Assembly: GCA_032718475.1 (NCBI GenBank)
Contig: JAUCBJ010001129.1
Coordinates: 1-34,784, forward strand
Reading direction: 5' to 3'
DNA: 34,784 nucleotides
Origin: Nemertoderma westbladi
Lineage: Eukaryota > Animalia > Xenacoelomorpha
Shown here piece after piece: positions 21,869 to 34,092 of the stretch (position 1 is its first letter; every line of letters starts with the position of its first letter). The translations under genes were made by a program, and so were the position numbers. Below the pieces are notes generated by a model that saw nothing but the letters and a program-made list of their open reading frames with translations, was not told the origin of the DNA and made no database searches.

Positions 21869-22404
21869 CCAAACTGTGCAGTTTGGTCCATTCAATAGCA
21901 TTACTTGGCCATCTTTATCCATTTTCATTAGCACCAGCTGGCGTTCTTATCATTGCGTCTAATGGGGGTGTTATTAGTTTTAAGTATATTTTTTAATACG
22001 TTTAGGCTGAAACCAGGCAATTCACTAACATAGCATGTTGCATCTTACGGAGTCGCAGAGTAGTCTACAGTTCCCCAGTCTAACGCTAGAGGGCTAAATG
22101 TCTGAAAGTTACCATCTCCAACTTTGTTATTTACAATCCGTTAAGGTTGAAACTTTGCAGTTATCTAAAATAACATACGTTCCATCTTTAAGGTGATGCT
22201 GAGCTGTCGGCAGTTCTCCAGTCTACCGCTAGATGGCAATCTCTGAAAGTGATCACCTTATACAACATTGTTATTTACAATCCTCTTAGGTTTAAAACTT
22301 GATAGGTATCTACTACATAAGAATCAGATTTGTAACTAGAAACTCAGATTTGTTACCAGGAACTCAATTTCGTAACCGCTACCAGTTATACGTTTCTAGA
22401 AGTA

Positions 22405-23248
22405 ATGAAATTATTTATATTAATAATTCTAATTGATACTATTCTGGGGTTTACATTTAATGGATATAAACTAGTCGAACCAGATGGATCTAAATTTACT
22501 AGAGAATGTTTAGTTAAAGAAGAAAGAAATAGTATTAGAGTACAAGTTGATTTTATTATTAATCAACAAAGTGAATTAACTATTACCGATGTATTAGATT
22601 TAATGGTTATTGCTCAGGATAGTAGTACCGGTAGAGGTAAAAACATACGTGTGTGGAATGAAGTCAACGCCAATAGAGATGATTGCGACAATAATAATAA
22701 TAAAATCGGTTGTGATAGATGGAGTACAACAGAGTATATAAGTAGCAACACAGCCGGAGCTGAAGGAAATATAACTGTTGGGTTGAATCCTCCTGGTATT
22801 GAAAATATACCGGAGGTATTTGAGATAATAATAAAATATTGGACTGATGGAGTAACAGCGGTAATACTTCAAAACAACCCGGCCATATCCGATCAGATAG
22901 CTTACCCACTTATAATAACTCTCCCACCCCAATGTAAAGCTGATAATGATCCAGAGTGTAGCTGCGATGTACCGAGTTGTACTTATATAGAAGGCAGTTC
23001 AGCTACATTAAACTGTAAGTTATCGGATTGGGTACCGGTACCGGTAGCTGGAAGTACATCAGGAGATTCTAGATGGAGTTGGTATAGTAACGGAGTTCCT
23101 ATTGGTGGAGTCGTAACTGAACCAGGAGATACACTGAGTATAAATAGAGATCTAACTCGTGGAGACAATGGGGAAGTGTTTATATGTAAGGCGAGGAATA
23201 TAGCTATAGAAGTGGATAGATCCTGTACCACTACGATCGTAGTTCAAT
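22405..23248 (+). CDS. Ig-superfamily gene copy B, exon 1 (intact): signal peptide, variable N-terminal domain, Ig domain 1
   Basis: Open 281 codons; paralogous to 2353-3199; phase-1 donor CAA T|GTAAGT at 23248/23249; possible UTR-intron acceptor tttctAG at 22399. Confidence 0.9.
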
Positions 23249-24817
23249 GTAAGTTTGAGATATCCACTAAAGGTTACATTATGTTACAATATATTAATTT
23301 AATTTAAATTTATTTATTTAATAGACCGATAGACCAATTGTACTTTACTTTCCAATACAATAATACTGTAGTAGCATTTCTTATTAATAAACTTACATTA
23401 GATGATATAAAGTCAAATCGAAGGAAAGGCTACAGGCTACAGAGGCAGGCTTTCATAATCAAAACAATAAATCAAGTTATAAATTATTGAAGGAAAATAT
23501 AAAAATTGGCAGAAATTTATAAATAAAATCATAATAACGTAAATTAATTAATTTTGGCAGAATTCCATATATTTTAGGAAAATCATATTTAATTTGGATA
23601 AAGTATGCATTTTAGGGAAAATCAAAAACTAATTAAGATTATGGCATTAAAATAATATATTCGGTAAATTAAATATTATATTATAATATATTTAATCGAA
23701 ATATTTTGGTGTAATATAAATTAGGGAATTAATTAGTCAATTAGTATTTTTAGGAAAAAACCAATTTATTCAGAGGATTCATTTTATTTATATTGCGTAG
23801 GAAAATCATTAAATTTGACGCAATAATTACGGTGCAAAAATATTTCGTTCAAAAAGTATGTCGTGACCAAAGAGCCAGAACAACACTCACAAAAAAATGA
23901 CATTTCGAGAAAAATGCAAAAAACCTTCTCATTTCCCTCTAATGGATCCCGTCTCCTAATTTTTTCGACAGAGGTCTGAGAAGATACAAGGATACATTTT
24001 ATAATATTGGCTAGCATTCAGAATACATTTTGTTATGAAAAAAACTGTTTTTTTTCGTTATTTTCCAAAGAAGCAAAACAATACTGAAATTTAACATTAA
24101 CTCTAGTCTGTGTGTGTTGTTTTACCTCTAGGATTTTATCACAGAAACAACAACTCATATCATTCCTCGACGATTGAGTGGTATTTTTCCTGCTAAAGCA
24201 TAAATAATATTTAAATAAATAAATAATAAATATAAATAATACATCAATAATACAATAATACAAATAATACAATAAATAATAAACATAAATATTTAAATGT
24301 CGCGAACGGAATTACGCACATTACATTTCCATGCTGCTCTATTGGATATCCTATCCCAGGCCTCCTCATGTTTCCCTATGACGTCATTGCTATACCTAGA
24401 CAAATTTGGATCATTCTCATTGTCATCATCATCTAGTTAGATGATGGAATGTAATTTAACTCTGTAAACTCCAAGTCATCAACATACTCCATTTGTACAT
24501 CGGCATCACCTGCTGCTGGAGCACTTGTGATTTAAATGGTAATTTCTATAAATAGCCCTACTCCGATAATAACTCATTTGAAAGCAAGTAATTATATTAA
24601 TTTGGATTTGATTCAATACTAACATTATTTAAAAATCAAATAGATTATGACAAAAGTATCATTTTCGATGACTTGTTTTTTGGCCGTAAAGGTTTTTGGC
24701 TTGTTTTTTGCCCATCATCAGATCCTATAAACGTCATTAATGTACCGTATATTAAATACATTATTCCAAAAAAAATTGGCTTCTTTTGATTCGTTTACAA
24801 TATACAGGAGTTGTCAT

Positions 24818-25095
24818 ACACGTTCGTGGGGCCTTCTCGCAGGGCGAGGCACAGTTATGAGATACAAATTAAAATTGAGCGACTGTATCACAAAATCAGT
24901 ATTTGAGAAATTTAACCATACTGACAATCAATCAAAGAAAGGGGGACAGTACGTGTTCAGCCCTTTTAATCTGCACCCCCCCCCCCCCCCCCTTCCTACC
25001 AACCAATACATAACCGCGACATCTACCACCCAAGGGGCGGAAGGATATTTCCAATCACACATTCAATATGTGAAGCCATGTGGTTTATAGGAAAT
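24818..25095 (-). repeat. Inverted partial copy of the hairpin-bearing end of the intronic repeat element
   Basis: Diverged reverse complement of about 29070-29347 and 31893-32171. Confidence 0.85.
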
Positions 25096-25732
25096 ATCGT
25101 AATTCGATATAATCGAGAATACGAGAAACTCGATCAAAATACCTGCTCATCCCAGTATCCGTCCGTAGTCACCGGACAGCTGCGGTTTATTCCCGTAGAA
25201 CAGTAGAATTCCCACAGCTTCCGACCCAATTCGACTACGAATTCGCCTCACACTTTCGCGTGACAGAGAATGTAATCCGGTGCGATACACGTCTGCCCGA
25301 CTTTCAACTATTTCCCCCAGGCGATCCCAGGATCCGGCTGTCCGGGCCGCCGCTAAACCCAAATCGCAATCCTCGTTGATTCGTCCAGTCGTCGACGTAA
25401 GTCGGACTCTTCCCACCGCACTCCAAGGTGGGTGGCCTGAGTGAGGCATGAGGAACATGGCAGTGGCCCGCCCGCATTACGATCCGACCGACCGCCGTAT
25501 TCCCAGTGTAGTAAATAGAATCTTACTGACAAGCAAGCAATTCCGTAGTATTTATTCCTCAGTTAATCGCATCTTGATGCCCCTCGGCTGCTCGGGTCCA
25601 GATACATCAGACTGTCGGAAGCTGTTTAGATGAAGAAGTTGTTTAGATGGCCTTGCCAATGACCAACGACCTAAAGACGGTACCGGTATCTCTGTACCAC
25701 TGTAACAGTTAACAGTACCGGTACCGTACTGT

Positions 25733-28700
25733 GGGGCGAGCCACGAAGTGAGTGAACCTTAGCGTAGTGGTACCATTAATCAACCTGTCGTTTGGGGTGA
25801 GCCACGAAGTGAATGAGCCTTAGCGTAGTGGTACCATTAATCAACCTGTCGTTCTGTCGTTCTGTCTTTCTGTCGTTCTGTGGGGCGAGCCACGAAGTGA
25901 GTGAGCCTTAGCGTAGTGGTACCATTAATCAACCTGTCGTTCTGTCGTTCTGTTGTTCTGTCGTTCTGTCGTGTTCAATTTTAAACGTTAATAACTCGGC
26001 CAATCTTTGATGAAATCTATCCAAACTTGGTACACATGTTGTTTGGCAAAAGTTTAGAAATTTTCCAAGTAGAATTTCCGTGTGGCCTTCGAGAAGCTAA
26101 GATAATAGCAGTTAATTAGTTAATTAAGTTGATTACGGTAAAAACACCATTTTCAACCTGCCTTTTAAAGGAAATTAATTGTTTTACAGTATAAGATTTA
26201 AATAATTATACTTAAAAATTATACAGATGTAATCCACATATGCCATTCTATTATAGTTTTTAATTAGTTCAAGTGATTTGCTTTAATAATTGTGTCTTTA
26301 ATTGATCTAAAGTAATTAAAACGTCATAAAAAATTGATTCTCATTAAATACTGCTCATTTATTGGCTAACATGCTGGTACGATGGAAGGATGTGTGTGTA
26401 AGGCAGCTAGTTGCTGGGAATGATTATTGGTCAAGTCTCTGCTGGTGTGAAGCTAGCTGGCTTGGAGTTGTGGCTGTAGACTAACCAGAGAGGAATTGTA
26501 ATAGGCAACCAGTATTGCTATTCCAGCCCAGACAGTATTCTTTAAATTCAACATCCCAACATCCTTCCTGTATTGACTCTACTATAAGTGTTGTATTGCT
26601 ATCTCAGGTAAATGACAGATATAATAACATAAATACCATCCATGGCATGGCTGTTGTAGGCTTCTGAAATAGTTTATTCCACAATGTATATGTCTGGTTA
26701 TTTTTTAATTGAATTTTTGCAAAGTAGTAAAATTAATGTTCTTAAAAATAATATTATTATTTTATATGTAACCGAGAGAAAGCCGCCCCAATATTAGATT
26801 ATTACAACAACATATCCATTGGGTAAGAAAGTGGAGGAGAGCCAGCCTGTCTCTTAATTTTTTACTTTATATTACGCGATCAATTTTCACTCATCTCGTC
26901 ATGAACCCAACATGTATGTAAACTTTTTATAAATTTGTTGGCTATGCGTTTGCGGTTGTTTGGGCGGAGTGTGGTAGGCCTACACTTTTCACACTTAAAT
27001 ATTTTGGTTGTGAAATGTTACAGGGCATAGCTATCTGAGATATTTCATTTATATTTTATTATGAGAGGAAGAAGAACATACAACGTTATTTACTATATAT
27101 GTAACAAAATAATTGTTTTCGGGTTTAACTTGGAAGCCTCCCCAAATAGTTGATATACAATTATATTTAAAATTATTTCCATGGTCATGGTCATTCACCC
27201 GTCTTTAGTTAGAAATTTGTTTGCATGAAAGACAGTTTAGTTTAGTTTTTACTGATTTATTATCTCTTATCTGACTGGGGTAATAATAAAGGATAGGATA
27301 AATGGAAGCAAAGTGTGACAGTAAAAAATATTTCCCCGTCACCCTAGCATGTCTTAAGTATACGATATCTAAAAGGGGGAAGTTTGGATTCACTGCATAA
27401 ATGCAGTTCACCAAACTTCCCCCGAATGCACACTGTAACTTCCCCCTTCCCCCAAATATCCACTGTTGAATTAATTTGAAGCGATATAATAAGTACAAAA
27501 TTGTGCGAGTTTTTAATTGTGTGGTCCAATTGTTATTTGATTTCTATTTATTATTTAAAGTGCATTTAATATCACACTGGTTTTCAGAATATTATACTAT
27601 ACAACCTTATGTTTTATTAATTTACCCAATCGAAGCCTCATAAGGGCCGGTTATTTGTACGCATATCCCCTAATGCGCTCAGTAAGGTTCAAACAACATA
27701 TTAATATGAAAATAAAGTATCTGCAAAGAAAATAACCCAATACTATATAATTTGACCTTATTAAAAAATTTGCACTTTTGCACACTTATTTGTACAAATG
27801 CACTTTAGCAGATCGTAATGGTGGCTCTTATTTAACAAACTTATGTTTATCCTCTACCGATCTACGATGGTGTATGATCAAGTGTCAGTCGCTAAAAGTG
27901 TCAAAAATCCAATTTAATAAATCTGGATTTGCGATTTTGAACCATATTCATGGACATTTTTAAGTCACTTTATAGACATAAAAAGTTAAACAAATGTTAC
28001 GATTATAGTTAGAAATCATTCCAAACTACATTTTAATCCAAAAAATAATATTCTACGATGAATAGAACTGGAAATAATAGTGTTTGAAATATCGAAATAA
28101 TGTTCACTATTTAAGTGCATTTTGCACTAAGTGCACATGCGTCTTTTCCCAAGTTGTATCCTATTTCACACACTACAATCTATCCTCTATCCAATGAAAA
28201 TAGTTTCAGATTAAACGGCCCTGTAGAACCGAAGTTATTGATGTTTAAAAATAGTCACTCGAAAATTTCAAATTCTCTTGGTCACATAGTCTAGTGGTTA
28301 TCAATCACGTTAATGAAACCTAAGTTCGCGGGTTCGAAATCCAATATTGACCTGACCATTCTTAATTTTTTTGCAAAAAAAATTATTTTTATTTTTTCAC
28401 TAAAATTGCTCTAACTTCGGTTCTGGTGGTCCAAATTCTATAAAATTGGTATATTCTTTGCCGTAATTTTTTTCTTAATCTTTTGAGAAGGGGTTATTTT
28501 TGGCCCCAAAAAAATTAAAAAAAAGGGCCAAAATAACGCGATATTTTTCGACCCTTAAAATTTTAATTATATATGTTAAGATAAGAAATATTTATCCCAC
28601 CTAGGAAATTAGCTAAATTTTTTCGCTGCAGCTTTAAGAGTGTATATTGATTTAATATTATTTCAATACCCATATTACTACATCTACATCAGCATAAGAT

Positions 28701-29347
28701 GCGTTGGCGTTGTATCACACATCTCCACATATCACACATCTCCACATAGATGTATCAACAGTTACTCGCACAGTTTCGAAACTTCGCATAGTTATTTATA
28801 ACTGTATAAAGATCGTCAGTCTGCGTTTAGGAAAAATAATTTATGACAAAACAGGACAAGCGACGAGCGCAACGAGGCATATAATGAAGACGAGTACTGC
28901 GTTGACTAAATTATTATATAAACCACCTGGCTTCACATATTGATCGCATCCCTAGTTATTATTATTACAGTATAAAGATCGTCCTAGCCTGCGTTTAAGA
29001 AATATATTTAAATACAAAACAGGACGAACGCAAAGAGGCTTATAATGAAAACGAGTACTGCGTTTATTATATTCCTATAAACCACCTGGCTTTGCATATT
29101 TAACGTGCGATTGGAAATACGTTCGTGCTACCCTTCCGTGGGTGGTAGATGTCCCGGTTATGTATTGGTGGTTGGGAAGGGTGGGGGGGGGGGGATTAAA
29201 AGGGGTGAAGACGTACTGTCTCCCTTTCTTTGATTGATTGGTGGTGTGGGTAAATTTCTCAAAACCTGATTTTGTGATACAGTCGCTCAATTTTAATTTG
29301 TATCTAATAACTGGGCCTCGTGCTGCGCGAAGGCCCCACGAACGTGT
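25733..29347 (+). mobile_element. Non-autonomous Helentron/HINE (DINE-1)-like element, copy 1
   Basis: Three ~60-bp start repeats (25733, 25794, 25882), (CTGTCGTT)n microsatellite, ...gatgaaatctatccaaacttggtacacatg motif, terminal GC-rich hairpin GGGCCT...AGGCCC at 29313-29336. No coding capacity; class inferred from architecture. Confidence 0.55.
28279..28358 (+). other. Degenerate tRNA-derived / SINE-head-like sequence
   Basis: A-box-like TAGTCTAGTGG (28288-28298 region), B-box-like GGTTCGAAATCC (28331-28342), ends TGGTCA/TGACCA; no convincing anticodon arm. Confidence 0.35.
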
Positions 29348-32171
29348 TGTTCTGTCGTTCTGTCGTTCTGTCATTCTGTCGTGTTCAATTTTAAACGTTA
29401 ATAACTCGGCCAATCTTTGATGAAATCTATCCAAACTTGGTACACATGTTGTTTGGCAAAAGTTTAGAAATTTTCCAAGTAGAATTTCCGTGTGGCCTTC
29501 GAGAAGCTAAGATAATAGCAGTTAATTAGTTAATTAAGTTGATTACGGTAAAAACACCATTTTCAACCTGCCTTTTAAAGGAAATTAATTGTTTTACAGT
29601 ATAAGATTTAAATAATTATACTTAAAAATTATACAGATGTAATCCATATACGCCATTCTATTATAGTTTTTAATTAGTTCAAGTGATTTGCTTTAATAAT
29701 TGTGTCTTTAATTGATCTAAAGTAATTAAAACGTCATAAAAATTGATTCTCATTAAATACTGCTCATTTATTGGCTAACATGCTGGTACGATGGAAGGAT
29801 GTGTGTGTAAGGCAGCTAGTTGCTGGGAATGATTATTGGTCAAGTCTCTGCTGGTGTGGAGCTAGCTGGCTTAGAGTTGTGGCTGTAGACTAACCAGAGA
29901 GGAATTGTAATAGGCAACCAGTATTGCTATTCCAGCCCAGACAGCATTCTTTAAATTCAACATCCCAACATCCTTCCTGTATTGACTCTACTATAAGTGT
30001 TGAATTGCTATCTCAGGTAAATGACAGATATAATAACATAAATACCATCCATGGTATGGCTGTTGTAGGCTTCTGAAATAGTTTATTCCACAATGTATAT
30101 GTCTGGTTATTTTTTAATTGAATTTTTGCAAAGTAGTAAAATTAATGTTCTTAAAAATAATATTATTATTTTATATGTAACCTAGGAAATTAGCTACATT
30201 TTTTCGCTGCAGCTTTAAGAGTGTACATTGATTTAATACTATTTCAATACCCATATTACTACATCGGCATAAGATGCGTTGGCGTTGTATCACACATCTC
30301 CACATATCACATATCTCCACATAGATGTATCAACAGTTACTCGCACAGTTTCGAAACTTCGCATAGTTATAACTGTATAAAGATCGTCAGTCTGCGTTTA
30401 GGAAAAATATTTTATGACAAAACAGGACAAGCGACGAGCGCAACGCGGCATATAATGAAGACATATATTTACATTTTATATAATCCCATCCTACTGGTGG
30501 GCAGCCGTTTACTAGCCCTGCTATTTGGCTGTTCTCCAGTACCCATTTATATAGAACTTACCATATATAGTATGTATTCATGTTAATTTCTATTTTATAC
30601 TGAGTTATTGTTATTTTGAATTATAACGAACCTGTCTTTAGACTGGGTAGTTTTTGTCTAAAGCTGAGGCCGGCAAAAACACGATGGATATATTTACCTA
30701 TATATTTACCTATATCACTATATATGTCACTATATCACTCACTATGTATGTTCACCAAATGGCTTGAAACCACTTGCATGCATTGTAAAATTGTAAACGC
30801 AAGTATTTATCAATTGTTGTCTAGTTGTTGAATAAAAAAGTTGGGAACGATTCGAAGTGCGATATTCGAAATATTTGCATATTTTCAACATTATTGAACG
30901 CGAAATTAAATACCCACAACTCCCTTGCTTGAAATGTTTTTCAGGTGATTGATATTTAGCAATTATTATGAGGTTACTTACTACTGAAATCTGACAGAAT
31001 GCCAAACGTATTATTATAGTTCTATCTCTATTCAGCCAGTTAGTGTAATGTCAAGCAGTACATCATTTATATATCGTATGTATCTATAGGGCCTAATTGT
31101 CATCGTTATAATACTGTCATCAACTTAGGCTAAGCTCAATTGTAATGCAAAGGCTTAGTAGGTTTTGTATATCTGGGACGTTTACAACAGCTGTCGATTA
31201 AACTAACAAAACCATAAAACTGAACCAGGGTGGCTGCCAGCCGGGTACCAACGGCTGTTGGGTAGACTTAAGGGAACATTTCACAAACTTTCATAGGATG
31301 CTTGTACATGTACATTATATTGGTTGCTCCGATGTTTTTATTAGGCTAACTGAGAATGTATCAGGTATAAATACTGTAATTATAGTGTTCTTTATTTTAT
31401 TTATCTAATACAGAAAAGACCCCTCCGCAGAATAAACTGCTCTTTTGGGCCGTTTCTCAGGTTGCGGATATGGATACCATTTCACACATCATCGTAGTAA
31501 TTGTGATTATGATTTGTTTGCCTAGGCGAATGTGTATTACATTAGATGGGAGGCAGTTTTTTGGTTGATGCAAGTCATTCTTGGTTTGCATCTTCCAATC
31601 CCATCTGTTTCTTGGAGTCTGTGTAAGACAGGTTCGTATAAAGCCATCTTGATGGCGTTCTAGTTATTTGAAGGGTAAAAATAAACATTGAAACAAACAT
31701 TGAAACATTGAAACAAGACGAGTACTACGTTGACTATATTATTATATAAACCACCTGGCTTCACATATTGATCGCATCCCTAGTTATTATTATTATAAAG
31801 ATCGTCCTAGCCTGCGTTTAAGAAATATATTTAAATACAAAACAGGACGAACGCAAAGAGGCTTATAATGAAAACGAGTACTGCGTTTATGATATTCCTA
31901 TAAACCACCTGGCTTTGCATATTTAACGTGCGATTGGAAATAAGTTCGTGCTACCCTTCCGTGGGTGGTAGATGTCCCGGTTATGTATTGGTGGTTGGGA
32001 AGGGTGGGGGGGGGGGGGATTAAAAGGGGTGAAGACGTACTGTCTCCCTTTCTTTGATTGATTGGTGGTGTGGGTAAATTTCTCAAAACCTGATTTAGTG
32101 ATACAGTCGCTTAATTTTAATTCGTATCTCATAACTGGGCCTCGTGCTGCGCGAAGGCCCCACGAACGTGT
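29348..32171 (+). mobile_element. Helentron/HINE-like element, tandem copy 2 (internally deleted, with a nested insertion)
   Basis: 29348-30182 matches about 25950-26773; 30181-30462 matches 28600-28891; 31715-32171 matches 28887-29347. Confidence 0.6.
30463..31714 (+). mobile_element. 1.25-kb insertion with AAGAC target duplication and retroposon-like tail
   Basis: AAGAC at 30458-30462 and 31715-31719, single at 28887-28891 in copy 1; ends AATAAA(CATTGAAA)-type repeats. Confidence 0.65.
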
Positions 32172-33764
32172 AATCCTGTAGTCTCCTAGAAACCAGCTGA
32201 TGCCAAGCCTAATAAATTTTTGGGTATATTAATTTATTATAACTGTAAGACAGTTACACAGATGCTGCACGAAGACCCCACCCAAATTCAATAAGTTCAT
32301 AAGTGTGGTATTTGTTGTTTTACCTCTAACAGTTTTCAACAAAATATGTTGTGAGGGTTGTTCTGGTTTTCCATATCTCCTAAACGGACTGACATACAAG
32401 TCTAGGATTTTAACATAAGATGTAGAACGCCATCTTGAGTAATCTTGGGGAAAATTTTTTTTTTAAATTGTGGTATGTGTTGTTCTGGCTCTATGGTCAC
32501 GATGTAATCTTTGAATGAAATAATTTGTGGGTTATAAATATATCAACGATCAACTGATTTCATTAACACTATTGGTTTGTGAATTTAAATATAATAATAG
32601 GTAGATACATTTTGTACGTTATTGGTGGAACTTCGCAAGTTATCGAGTGTCTGGGGGTGTGGGGCGGCTGTTTTACCGTCGGAATGGACGGACAGAAACT
32701 GCTCGGTAGAGATGATCGGAAATCCCGAGTTACGGGGGGAGTTTGTCCTTGAGAAGGTCGACCAGTTTGTTGCCCAGTTGCCGCAACTCATTGCGAGTTT
32801 CGTGACGCGCTATTTGTAACACTAAGAGTCAATTCCCTACCGCTTCGCCTGTACGAAAAAATTTCCCATTAACTATCTTCATCTTGCCGTTGCTGAGTGG
32901 CACACACCCGCCGGCTGTTATCCGTCGATACGCCCTAACGAGCTCCGTGATTTCTTCAGTACCAAAACCACATCCCTCGTCGAAGTCGCCAATGACGTTG
33001 CCATCGATCCGCGTCTACAACCGATCAAAGTCGAGTTTTTCATCCGTGTTTCCACCGTCGACTAACGATCCAGTTGGACGTCTCAGTTTCCATTCATTAG
33101 GGAATCCGTACAGAAGGCGTTTATCTGTTTAGACCATAATAAAATATCTCGAGTCTAGTGAAAATAATGTTTTACATTATTTACCATGCAATAAATAATT
33201 ATAAAATGCTAATTATGAACAATGGCGAATCTAATTGTATTTATTTGTGGGGAATTCTTTGTAATTATGCATGTAAACGTTCTAGAACAACCTAATAATG
33301 ACGCGGTGACATAATGGATATATTGGAAATTCATAGTAAAATGTATGTAGGGACATACTGAGAAATAATGTCGCACTGGCGATATAAAGTTAGAAAATAT
33401 GTCGCCCTGGCGATTTGGTAGTGCGAAATTAATTCCACACAAAGAAATGAAAAGGGATATGAATTTCATCAATATTCCTAGACATCACTATTAAAGTGAT
33501 TAATTAATTAAGTTAAGCGTTCGGAACCCCATGCTCCATGCTGAGAGATAGGATAGCCCATGACTTCCTTGAGAGGCCTCTTACTAAGGAACACTGGTCT
33601 TGATGATGCGGATGATCTTGCGGAAGTCATGGAGTTGTGGCCGCGCAATTTTGTCGATAAGCCGGCATAGCATTTTAATGCACAATTGTGGATTGCATGG
33701 ATTAATTATATAGGCTCTCGTGCTGCGCGAAGGCCCCACAACGTGTATAATAACTAAACAAACT

Positions 33765-34015
33765 GGTAATAATATATGGCATCACCACCAATTTACTATC
33801 TATATCCCAAAGACCATAGATTTGGGACACTACGAGTGGGTGGTTACCCATCCAACCACTATTTATATTATTTTGTATCCACAGTATATCATTAAACGAA
33901 ACCCCTTGATCTATATTGGCTTACTTTGACCACTACAGGGAGATTTTTATTTAGATGTAACCAAAAAAAGTGTCAAAATTAAACGTGTTAAAAAAAGTAG
34001 CTTTTACAATAATAA
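33765..34015 (+). repeat. Intron 1 3' segment homologous between gene copies A and B
   Basis: Aligns with about 4440-4750 (atttatattattttgtatc, attaaacgaaacc, tctatattggcttacttt). Confidence 0.8.
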
Positions 34016-34092
34016 CAATTAACATTACATCGTTATGTATCTGAAAGTTTTACATCTAAGTTATATTATTAATATTAATATTATTGTTCCAG

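Noticed and set aside
23784-24540. Cys-containing and acidic short ORFs on - strand
   Set aside because: No domain recognised, interrupted by stops, no clear splice structure.
25147-25640. GC-rich ORFs 25147-25458 and 25448-25633
   Set aside because: No recognisable protein motifs; lie between repeat termini and are probably TE-internal non-coding sequence.
25733-25940. Three ~60-bp repeats as a CRISPR-like array
   Set aside because: Separated only by zero to a few microsatellite units; part of a TE terminus.
28891-28906. GAGTACTGCGTTGA resembling the library adapter
   Set aside because: Partial, gapped match embedded in a repeat present several times with variants; coincidental.
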